Of a DNA stretch of 64,000 nt, positions 40,181 to 51,699 are shown piece by piece (within the stretch, counting starts at the first letter, position 1; each line of letters starts with the position of its first letter). Made by a program: the position numbers and the translations under genes. Below the pieces are notes generated by a model. That model was not told where the DNA came from. It ran no database searches and saw only the letters and a program-made list of their open reading frames with translations. The stretch covers positions 96,720,001 to 96,784,000 of the forward strand of contig OX597820.1 in assembly GCA_951406725.2 (NCBI GenBank), read 5' to 3'. Source of the DNA: Octopus vulgaris. Lineage: Eukaryota.

Positions 40181-40672
40181 GCGCAAGGAAGAAAGATAAA
40201 TGTGTTAGATTTTTATCTCACTAAAGCGAAGAGTGTTAAGTAAAAGTAAGGTAATGAATCATCGATTGGCCATCTGCAATCTACTATTGAAGCACATACT
40301 TCTGTCACCTTGGGATTTTGTTGTTTCTACTTATGTGACATTCCTTTTCAGTCGGTTTGTCAGTTTACCTTCAACACCTGACATAACTAATCACATACAA
40401 GTTGAAATGGTAACAAAACAAATAATACATATATATGTATGTTTGTGTACGTCTCTCTCTCTCTCTCCATATATATATATATATATATATATGTACATAT
40501 GTATGTGTATATATTAATATATGTGTGTGTATTTATATACATAGACACGCACACGCACACATACACACACACACGCACACATACACACACACACATATAT
40601 ATAAGAGTGTATAAGTATTTATATACAGAGAGGTGACCCTTGACAGGACATCTTATACGCTAGAAAGGGCAA

Positions 40673-40732
<60 letters not shown>

Positions 40733-40803
40733 CATATATATATATACATACATATATATATGCATATATATATATACATATATATACATATATATATATA
40801 TAT

Positions 40804-41012
40804 AGTTAATCCAAACATGAAAACACAAAGAGAAAACACAGCAACGCGAGGACGTGGAACAAGTATAGTATTATTGGACGCTCAGGAAAGAAGGAACGAA
40901 GGAGGATTTAACGTTTCGAGCGGAGCTCTTCGTCAGAAACATAGAAAAAGGAAAGATCCAAAGAAGAGAAGACGGAGGAAAAAAATCGCCAACGGTACAC
41001 AGGCGGTCACAT
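40804..41012 (-). mobile_element. Hammerhead element family A (motif at 40907-40939)
   Basis: Reverse complement of 36038-36249 with identical ribozyme core. 3' end abuts (TA)n. Confidence 0.8.
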
Positions 41013-41058
41013 TTTGAAACCTTTTTCTATTTTCTGTCCCTGTTTATTTCTGTGTTCC

Positions 41059-41095
41059 TTTCTGTCGAAGAGCGTAGGCTCGAAACGTAAAAGAC
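41059..41095 (+). ncRNA. Hammerhead-like motif, family B (CUGUCGA variant)
   Basis: TTT CTGTCGA A GAGC GTAG GCTC GAAAC GTA AAAGA. Confidence 0.55.
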
Positions 41096-42214
41096 TTACG
41101 CTCTTCGACAGAAAGGAACATAGAAATAAACAAGGACAGAAAATAGAAAAAGGTTTAGTGACTAGACAGACAGAAAGACAGATAGATAGATTAGTAGCAG
41201 GTTGTGAAGCTTGCGTTGTTGGTGGTGGATAATATTGGTAAAAGTGGAAGTGGCTGTTGGTTATAGCGGCAATTGTGGCCATCGTAGCGTCGTTGTCGTC
41301 ATTGTTGGTGTTGTTGTTGTAGTTGTTATTGTTGCTGTTGTTGTCGTCATCGTCGCTGATGGTGGTGGTGGTATTGGAAAGAAGTTGGTTTGACTGTCGT
41401 TTTATTGGTTGTTGTTGTTGTCGATTAGCCACAAATCAGTCCTCATAGAGCAGTCCTATTGCATCTTGTCTGCCGCACGACGAAGTGCTGCTCACAGATC
41501 CATTTTATCAGATACGGACCATAATGCGCATTTCGATTTTGCAATGAAGAATCATAAGAGAAGTAGAGTGACAACCTGAACATGAAAATCTCTGCAACAG
41601 TCAGTCTACCCGGTAGATTCTGGTGGTGCTCACGGTAGATGCAACCAAGAGAGACTTGGTCCGAGTTCAATAGTTACTTTTCCATTGATCTGCCCGAATC
41701 GTGGACACGTCGGACAAATCGTTTAGCGTAATTTCTTCCCGTTCTACGTTTTGAGTTCAAAAGTCGACTTTGCCATTCACGGTCGATAAAATAAGAACCA
41801 GCCGAGGAGCACTAGGATCGATGAAATCGACTATCCACTTCCCCCAAAATTTCAGTAGATAGAATCAGTATTTGTTTTATCGTATAGATTCTTTTCACCA
41901 AGCGTTTTATTTGTGGAAAAGAAACTAAATGCTAGTCTAAGTAATGATTTTACAATTGACTTATTATGTGGACATTCGATCTGTCTATGTAGTTATATGT
42001 TAGTCTGAGTCATTTATGTAAACTGACGTAATATATCTTTGGCTTTTATTTCGTCTGCCCTTACGTTCTGAGTTCAAATTCCGCCGAGGTTGATTTTGCT
42101 TTTCATCCTTTCGGGTTCGATAAATTAAGTACCAGTTTAGTATTGGGGTCGATCTAATTTCTGGCCTTGTGCCTAGAGTAGAAAAGAATATATATTTGGC
42201 TTTTAATTTGAATG

Positions 42215-42369
42215 TTTCGTGAATGTGTGGAAGGAAGTCTTCTTCTCAACCACATGCTTTTGAGTTCAGTCTCACTGCGTGGAACCTTGGGCAAGGGTCT
42301 TCTACTATAGCCCCAGGCCGACCAAAGCCTTATGAGTAGTTTTGGTAGACCTAAAGAAGCCCGTTGTCT

Positions 42370-42405
<36 letters not shown>

Positions 42406-42685
42406 GTGTGTGTGTGAGTGCGCGTGTGTGTTGTGTGTTGGTGTGAGTGGGTGGGTGTGAGTGCATATGTGTGATGTGTGTTCCCTCACCACTTGACAAC
42501 TAGCGTTGGTTTGTTTATACCCCAAGAACTTAACGGTTTGGCATATGCGACCGATAAAATACATACCAGGCGATAAAAAAAAAAGTACTGGGATTGACTC
42601 TTCCGACTAAAAACTTACAAGTCGGAGCCTAGCGTGTCCGTAGTCCCATAACTGAAAGCAGTAAAAAGTAAAAGGTAAAAAGATA
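42215..42685 (+). mobile_element. Diverged S2 SINE
   Basis: CCTTGGGCAAG..TCTTCTACTATAGCC...GACCAAAGCCTT, GT tract and tail. Confidence 0.75.
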
Positions 42686-42807
42686 GGTAGAGATTGATGG
42701 TAAATTTTAGCGCTGAATTATTCTCTAGCTTCTTTAATTTCTCAGCGTCTTCTAGCGTGTCCGTTACAACAAGTGTATCGTTTTACATATCTAGGGTATA
42801 TCATATA

Positions 42808-43010
42808 TGGGATCCGGATAAAAGCACCCTAAGACAAAAGCCCCACAGACAAAAGCCCCTAGGATAAAAGCTCCATAGTTAAAGTGTGAAAGTGGACAAA
42901 AGCCCCTCGGTTATATTTTTCGCAGTGAGACGGAACTCAAAAGCATGTGGTTAGGAAGAAAATTTCATTCCACATTCACGAAAGCCCCGCGATTATATTT
43001 TCCGGTTATT
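42808..43010. repeat. GGACAAAAGCCCC short-unit array, probable transposon terminus (reverse-complement copy at about 320-420)
   Basis: Repeated GACAAAAGCCCC units. GTTAAAGTGTGAAAGTGGACAAAAGCCCC matches the reverse complement of 330-360. Confidence 0.65.
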
Positions 43011-43865
43011 TTTTCGCTTTTTTTTCTTTTGACTTGTTGCAGTCATTAGACTGTGGCCATTCTGGGGCAACACCTTGAGGAATTTTTAGTCGAATGTATC
43101 GACCCCAGAATTTTTTTAATGATTTTCAACCAGCGCATGAAGTTGTCCTATTCTCTTCAAAAATCTCTTCAAAAATTTTTATAACCTCCTCAATTATTTA
43201 TTTATTTATTTATTTATTATTATTATTTTTTATTATTATTCGATTTTTTTTTATTTCTTAAAATCTTTTTACTTGTTTCAGTCATTGGACTGCAGCCATG
43301 CTCGGGCACCGTCTTGAGGAATTTTTAGTCGAATGTACCGACCCCAGAATTTTTTTTTTTTTTTGGTAGGTGATTTTCAACCAGTACATGAAGTTAAGTC
43401 TAGAAGGTCTCTTTAATGCTAGAAACAACAGCCAAATCTTAAAATTTCATTTTTTCTTTTATAAATTCGCGTTTGTAAAAAGAAAAAAAATTCATTTTCC
43501 AAAATTCCAATTTTTAAGTAAACAAAATATATTCAATCGAAAATAAATAGAATAGAATAACAGAACAAAAGACTCTTTCCTACTCAATGTACATATTGTC
43601 TGAATTCTAACAGAAGGGAGACCATTTACTTCAAGAAATGCGTAGAAACATAAAAACGATTAAGTGTACGTTTGAATGACTAGCCTTTGGCGCCATAATT
43701 CTGTTAAACCTTCAACGGCCGGACAAAGTTCAAATGGTCAGCTCATTCTCATTAATCTGTAAGTGCTGAAAGAAGAAAACAAAAGACTTTAAATTTAAAT
43801 TTTAAAGTGCTGATTTTTTTGCGACTAGAATTTCAAGGCCTTGTCCCAGCAAGGCCACAGTCTAA

Positions 43866-44375
43866 GGATCTTTACTCTTTGACTGACAGATTTAAAAAAT
43901 AATTTTTTGTAACTAAACACTTTCAAACTTCGGATATTGGTAGAATGTGTCATATAAAACATCTTTTACTCTTAGCATTTTTGAGAAAAACTTATATTTA
44001 CAAAGTTATTTCACGTTAAAGTTGTCCTATTTCGGTAATTTCAACCAATCAATGACATGTATTCAGCTGAATAAAATTACTACTGTTATTTGTCAACAAG
44101 AACTTTCGGCGGTGTATATTTCGTTTGTCACTATGACAACCCTAACCCTAACCCTAAAACGTTAACCCTAACCTTAACCATAAAACCTTAAAGCTAAAAC
44201 CAGTACAAACGATGTTATAAATAACAGAGACAAACGAAAAATACACCGCCAATAGTTGTTATTGACAAACAACGGCAGTAATTTTGTTCAGCTGAATACA
44301 CGCCATTGAAATTACCGAAATAGGACAACTTTAACGTGAAATAACTTCGTAAAAGTAAGTTTTTCTAAAAAATGC
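43866..44375. mobile_element. Fold-back MITE related to the Merlin-like family
   Basis: GGATCTTT start. Long internal inverted arms (about 43975-44130 and 44225-44375) around (TAACCC)n. Confidence 0.65.
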
Positions 44376-44904
44376 CGAACCGATGATTGAATCTCACATA
44401 AGGAGCTCAAAACTTTCTTGAGACATTGTTCCAATATATCTGTTCTCGTATGATTTCGACGGATAATCTCGGGTGTTTGGTGTGCATGGTATAACTCTTA
44501 TAAATACTGGTCCCAGATTTCTGGCATAAGGACAGCATATTCGGGGGATGGGGTAAGTCGATTACGTCGTTCCCCACTGATTTACTGGTACTTATTTTAT
44601 CGACCCCGAAAGGGGTGAAGGGCAAAGTCGACCTCGGCGGAATTTGAACCCAGAGCTGCTGCTAAGCATTTTACCTGGCACGTTAACTATTCTGGTTGAT
44701 ATAAAAGATTTCTCGAATTAGCGCGATATGTTTATATACATAACTGACAAAAAAATCTATGCATGTGATAGACATGTCTAAATGTGAATGTCAATGCGGA
44801 AACTTAGAAACACCTTGAATCACATGTGTATATAGAGGATGTTCAGCGTTTACTAGGCTTCGATTAACCTTGTTTGGGTGCGCCTGTTTCATTGATTGAC
44901 AACA

Positions 44905-45789
44905 TACGTGATCTGACCAATAGGTATCTGGACTGTTGCCATAGCAACGAAGCTGAAGTACTCAGAGTGGAGCCGCTTGACACAGATTGACCTTGAGCTC
45001 TGCTGTGCATATGAACGTTCTAGCTCACTTCCGCTGTTTACAGTAGTGCTTGGAAGGAAGGTGTGTAGCGTGTGATCGTCGCATTGTCCACGACCGAGAG
45101 AGTTGATCAGAGAATTTGCATCAAATTTTGCCAAAGGTTTGGTGATACCTGCTCGGAGGCTTACGCAAAGTTTTCAAAAAGTTTTCATCGTTCTCGAAAA
45201 CAATCAAGATCTTGTGCAACTGAAAACCGTGTGTCTTTTTGGTCTACCGAAAGCAGTTTTGGCACAAACTTGGCAGACACGCGTCTCGTTCCCAAATCTG
45301 CAGTGATAATGAACTGAACCGAACCGTAACTAATCTGCGCATGCTCAAATAACTCACGGATAGTGATTCAACGATTTCCCTTCACACCTACACGCACATC
45401 TGCAATGTTTTTCTCAGTTTTGCTGGTTGAGGTTCTCCCAGAACGTTCGTCAATATCGACGTTTTTCGGTCGTATTGGAAACGTCTAAACCCCTTGTGCA
45501 CTTGTGTGCAGCTCATTCACTCTTCTCCATACACTTTTTGCAACTTTGTGTAGGCCTTTGAGCAGCTATTGCCATAACAACTTTCTCTGTCATGGTCAAT
45601 GCGACGATCACGCACTACACACCTTTCTTCCAAGCACTGCTGCAAACAGCGAAAGTGAGCTAGAACGTTAAATCATAGTGCACGTACACAGCAGAGTTCA
45701 AGGTCAGTCTGTGCTGAACGGTTTCACACTGCGTGCTTTAGCTTCGTTACTATGGCAACAGTCCGGATACTTATTGATCAAACCTCGTA
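44905..45789 (-). mobile_element. Non-autonomous mariner element, same family as 19182-19911
   Basis: TA-flanked TIRs. The minus strand is collinear with the 19182 copy. The left arm encodes QRICIKFCQRFGDT. Confidence 0.9.
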
Positions 45790-46499
45790 CTTATCAGAGT
45801 GAGGAAAACTTAGAAAGAAATCTTTTCTGGTGTCAAACAGTTTGCTTAGCTATTTTCTTTTAAAATTCTTATAGATTTGTTGTTGTTTCTCTCTAGAATT
45901 TTTCACTTGATGTAATTATCCTTCAAGCTTCCAAATGTAGCTGGCGAGTGTAGGCGTAGTTCGCTTATCAAGAGGACGTGATAGTAAAATAATATTGCTT
46001 GAGCTTTCTCTCAACAAACGTTACATCGTATTCCCACTCAGTAGGTTGGACGTGTACAGCTGTTTCGCACACGATTCACTCAATGTTACATGCTTGATTT
46101 AAGAGTATGTTTCAAATTTCCTACAAATACAATCTAATGTAGTTATTTTGACAGGCTTGAAAGTGATAAAATTTTTCATGTTGGGACGACTGTTATCTGA
46201 AAGTAATTTTAAGACGGTTTCTATTGAAGATCTTTCAATAGCAATGGTTTATCTACAAAGATTAAAAATTGCTATATTTATTTTAATGTTTAAACAGAGG
46301 TAGATTAAAATTAGATAATTTTACGAGACCTATTTCCTGGTCTGTAAAGACAGCGGTTTGAGGGCGTGTGGTTTAATCTTTGAAACCTTAAGTAAAGAAC
46401 TGTTATAGTAAGGTCCCGGCTAACAAAATGAAATTTTTTAAATTCATATTAATGAATAGATGTTTTATAATTAGATGTGTATAGCAAGTGCGTTTACTC

Positions 46500-46935
46500 T
46501 GGAAGAGTTCAATATCCTCCTGAACAACCTACACCCGTCTATCCACTTTACAAAGGGGATGAGTGGTACCAAATTACCTTTCCTAGATATAATGGTAATT
46601 AAAAAGGACACCACCATTATCACAGATATGTACCACAAACACACGGACACACATTAACACCTGAATTCTAAGTCGTGCCATTCACCACATACAAAACGCA
46701 ACATACCCTACTGTCTAGCCAGAAGAATTTGTACCAATGTAGAAGATGCGAACATCAGGAACAAACGTCTTACAGAATAAAGAGAATTTTTGCTCAAACA
46801 AAAATACTCGTCTCTACTTATAGAAAATGGCATACAGCAGGCTATAAAAATATGCATACAACAACTAAGAACAACCAAAAGAAGAGGAAAACAGAATAAG
46901 TCATACCATTTATAGTGACACACAACCCATGTCAC
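46500..46935 (+). mobile_element. Penelope-like element RT C-terminal fragment
   Basis: LNNLHPSIHFT...LPFLDIMVIK...TDMYHKHTDTH. Confidence 0.85.
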
Positions 46936-47034
46936 CAAAACAAATTTACCAATCATTATATATATGTGACATGCTTGATTTAAGAGTATATATATTAGCT
47001 GAAACTGGAAAAATCAAAATCAAATCATATATAC

Positions 47035-47082
<48 letters not shown>

Positions 47083-47086
<4 letters not shown>

Positions 47087-47390
47087 AGGCGCAATGGCCC
47101 AGTGGTTAGGGCAGCGGACTCGCGGTCGTAGGATTGCGGTTTCGATTCCCAGACCGAGCGTTGTGAGTGTTTATTGAACGAAAACACCTTTAAGCTCCAC
47201 GAGGCTCCGGCAGTGGGTGGTGATCCCTGCTGTACTCTTTCACCACTCTTTCTCCCACCCTTTCTTCTGTTGGCCTGCTCGCTAAGCCAGCGGGGTGGCG
47301 TCATTCGAAGGCTAAAACAATGCGAACGCATTGTGACCAGCGATGTGTAACTTCATCTGATGGACTGGTCGGTCACGTGATCACGTGATA
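47083..47390 (+). mobile_element. SINE family S3
   Basis: GGAGGCGCAATGGCCCAGTGGTTAGGGCAGCGGACTCGCGG...GGTTTCGATTCCC. Confidence 0.85.
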
Positions 47391-47499
47391 TATATATATA
47401 TATATTTGTATATGTATGTATATGCATATATATATGTATATATATGTATCTATATGTGTGTATATATATGTGTGTGTGTGTGTATGTATATATATGTAT

Positions 47500-47850
47500 A
47501 TACCTTATTTTATTCTTTTATTCGTTTCACTCATTTGACTGTGACACCGCCTTTAGTCGAATACATCGATCCAGGAATCATTCTTTGTAAGCCTAGTACG
47601 TATTCTATCGGTCTCTTTGGTTGAACCGCTAAGTTACGGGGACGTAAACATACCATCACACACACACACACACATTTATATACGATGAGCTTCTTTCAGT
47701 TTCCGTCTACCAAATCCACTCACAAGGCTTTGGTCGGCCCGAGGTTATATTAGAAAACACTCGCGCAAGGTGCCACGGTGTGGTACTGAACCCTGAATTA
47801 TGTGGTTGGTAGGCAAGCAACTTACCACACAGCCACTCCTACGCCTGTAC
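47500..47850 (-). mobile_element. SINE family S2
   Basis: Reverse-complement S2 body. Confidence 0.75.
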
Positions 47851-47857
47851 ATATGTG

Positions 47858-47942
<85 letters not shown>

Positions 47943-47944
47943 GA

Positions 47945-48008
<64 letters not shown>

Positions 48009-48208
48009 GTATATATATATATTTCTATGTTGCGGCTTTATTCACGAATAATATGAAAGAAGTCGATGAATACATATGAATATACAATAGAGAGAAATAT
48101 ATTTTGTACATGGAGAAAGCACTTGCGAATTTAAATGTAAAAATTTTAAATTCAGACCGTGAAATGTGTACTTGATCCCACATCCCACATCAGAGACCTC
48201 TGGTTTTA

Positions 48209-48253
<45 letters not shown>

Positions 48254-48357
48254 TGTCTGTCTGTCTGTCTGTGTGTGTGTGTCTGTGTGTGTCTGTGTGT
48301 GTGTGTCTATGTGTGTATGTCTGTGTGTGTGTCTGTGTGTGTGTGTCTGTGTGTGTA

Positions 48358-48415
<58 letters not shown>

Positions 48416-48594
48416 TAGAGAGAGAAAGAGAAAGTGAGAGCCTGCGTGCATGCATTCAATTGTTAAACTGAAATTCGCTTCAGTACCATGGCTGCATATT
48501 AACTGGGAATGGCTATATACAAAGAAATACATTCATATTCTTGTTCATTATTAAAGTAACTGTTCATTGCACATCAAAAGAAATCGCAAGTTGA

Positions 48595-48662
<68 letters not shown>

Positions 48663-49109
48663 TAGAAATAAAAGGAAATAGCATGACTTGTTAAATTTTT
48701 CTTATAAACCTTTCATCAAGTGGTTTGATTATATCTGGTACATATAAAGAATTTTTTTTTTTTATGCAAGGCCATCGAATTCACTATGAGATACAGTATG
48801 ACATAACTTTTGAAATACCCGTCCATATGATCTTACTCATCGATATGGATTCGGCTTGGTTCAAGAAAATAGGACCGGCAAGTTTGTTCGAAGCTGTATG
48901 TGATCATATACCAGTAGATACATGTACGATCCAGATGAGTCGGAATACAACATCGCAATATATAATAGATTAACACCACAACGATGGGCACACTTCAAAT
49001 ACTCTTAGAAAAAGCGTCATATGCATTTTAATAATCCAAGATTAAAAGAAACCGAAACTGCAAATCATTGGTGACTCTTTAGATGATTAAATGTAAATCA
49101 TTTTACAAA

Positions 49110-49276
49110 TACAGTGGAACCTCAGTTTGCGAACGCCTTTCATCACGAACAAATCGGTTTGCGAATAATTTTTCGAACATGAAACGTATCGGGTGACGAA
49201 CGGTGTCTTGAGTAACGAACACACCATCCGGCAACAACGGTTGGCGACAAGCTGAGAGTATTTGCGGGAGAGCGTC
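49110..49276 (+). mobile_element. pogo/Tigger-like terminus
   Basis: TA CAGTGGAACCTC followed by repeated (A/G)CGAA subterminal motifs. Confidence 0.5.
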
Positions 49277-49459
49277 AGGAGTTCATATTTTGTTGTTACA
49301 AGTAGATAGTGGGGAGAAATAAATTCCTTTCAAAGAGGTCTTGTGGTGTGAATGAAAAACTTCATTTACACCACAAAACCCCTTTGAATGAACAGCACAT
49401 GGAATTTGTCTCCACACTATCCACTTGTAATAACAAAATATGAACTCCTATCGGAATCT

Positions 49460-50345
49460 ACATACAACTGATATCTATTACAAAAGCATAGATACAAACC
49501 AGTACCTAAATTTCAAGTCATGCCACCCAACACACACAAAACACAACATCCCGTACTGTCTACCCAGGAAAATTTGTACTAGAGTAGATGATCTAAATAC
49601 CAGAAACACACGACTTATAGAACTCAAAGGATTTCTTCTCAAGCAAAATTACCCTCTCCTACTTACAGAAAATAGTATACAACGAGCAAAAGCGATACCT
49701 GTAGAACAACTTAGGGCAACACGGAAAAGACGAACCCACCAACAGAATACAATCCCATTTCTAGTAACACACAATCCACATCACCGAAACATTATTAACA
49801 TCATCAAAACAAATTTGATAATCATAAAACAAAGTGAAAAGTTTTTAAAAAAACATAACTAATCAAACACTTATCTTAAGCAAAAGGCAACAAATAACCT
49901 AAAGAAACTATGAGCAAAGGTAAAATTCAACATGAACAAACAGGATAAGACAATCACAGTGTCCTAGTGTAATGATAACAGATGTGGAACGTGTCAATAC
50001 ATACATACGTGCAGATCCATTAGAACAAAAAATGGACAGATTTTCGCAAATGCAGATTTGAACTGCAAAAGCAGGAATTTGATCTACTGCATTAAATGCC
50101 CGAATTGCGAGGAACTATATATAGGCGAGACAGGGAATGCATTATCGGAACGCTCACGAGTGTACAGTCAACAAATCCGGAACACTAAAGTTCGCCAGAT
50201 TCCATTGAGCGAACATATAGAAACTTGTGATCAGCAATGTTTCTAATTTTTCCTTTCCCTAAACTACATGGCACAAGTGATGTTGGAAGAAAAATGAAAA
50301 ACGGTTTATTAAAATGTTCAAACCTTGTCTGAACGGAAATAACAA
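49460..50345 (+). mobile_element. Penelope-like element: RT thumb and GIY-YIG endonuclease, decayed
   Basis: TDIYYKSIDTNQYLNFKSCHP...QNYP and NLIYCIKCPNCEELYIGETG...R. Confidence 0.92.
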
Positions 50346-50723
50346 CAATAATATAACAACCAGTTAATTATGTGGATTAAAAAATATCTTTAACATATGA
50401 GTATGAACAAATTACAGAATATCGGTACGCCTGGCAAACCGTGATGTTTAAGCTGCATGCGGATTGGTCAAAACTGTATTCCATAAATTCGGCTTGTTGG
50501 AGCGTTCTAAGAGGTACTACAGTTGTCGAGAACTCAGCTATTAGTTAAATACATTTCAATTCTAATGATTACTCCCAAACGTATGAAAGCGCTAATTGAA
50601 CTTTATGAACATTACAAAATAATATAAAAAAACGTGTGTATGTGTGCGCGTGTGCGTGCGTGCGTGTGCGTGCGTGCGTGTGCGTGCGTGCGTGTGCGTG
50701 CGTGCGTGTGCGTGCGTGCGTGC

Positions 50724-50782
<59 letters not shown>

Positions 50783-51699
50783 GGCACTGCACAAGTAAAT
50801 AGATACCCTTATTTTCGAAAGATTTATTCTGACTCGTTTGGAGTTGCCCTGCAACATTAGTTGCGTTACAACGGAAATTATTTTCAACAAGCTGCTTGAC
50901 AGTTCGAAGACACTTGTCAGAGGGCGTGGGTCGATGTGAGCGCTATGCTATTGATTTCTTTCCTTTGCTGGTGAACAGTACAATCGCTCTGTTAATTGTT
51001 AATTCCAACAGTTGATACAGTCTTACGCTGGCTAAGTCCATCCTCGAACTGACCCACAATGCACCCTCTTTGAAAATCAGACAACTCTTTTGCTTCTGGT
51101 GTTTGCGGAGAGAGAGGGATGGGGAGAGAGGGAGAGAGAGAGAAAGAAAGAAAGAAGGAGAGAGTGAGAGAGAGTGTGTGTGTGTGTGTCTAGGATTTGA
51201 AACTAAAACCCCTTTGCCTCAGTCACTTGCAAAACATCAATACTCAGAATTGTACCCCCGATTGCAAATAGATAATTTAAAAAATAATAATATAGAAAGA
51301 TAAACGGATGGCCTCCAAAGAAATATCAAAATTATTTCCAAAATGAAACACCAAGATTGTTTAATGTTTTTATCGAACATTTTTCAGAAACAGAACAGGA
51401 ATTAATATTTGGAATATAAACACGAAAGATCATGGAAGATGGTTTAGTAACAATTCACAAAATGTGAATCACATAGTAAATGCCTCATTCTTGTTATGAA
51501 CTCATATGTGAGTGTGCGAGCGCCCGAGTGTGTGTATACGTGTGTACATAGAAGTGCATGTTTATATGCATATACACACAACATATATTTGTCTTTAGGA
51601 ATAATGGCTTCTAATTTAGGTACAATGTCAGCAGTTCTGAGGATAGAGAATATTCGATTAGATTGATCTCAGTGCTAGATAGCTACTTCATTCTTTCAA

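Noticed and set aside
41443-41670. Host exon candidates (this ORF and 62621-62896)
   Set aside because: No recognisable domain or convincing splice context. Small exons cannot be excluded without RNA-seq.
44138-44200. Telomere or chromosome fusion relic
   Set aside because: Only a few degenerate TAACCC units, located inside a MITE.
47083-47160. tRNA-Arg gene
   Set aside because: A and B boxes are present, but the sequence continues into a SINE body and the acceptor stem is not intact.
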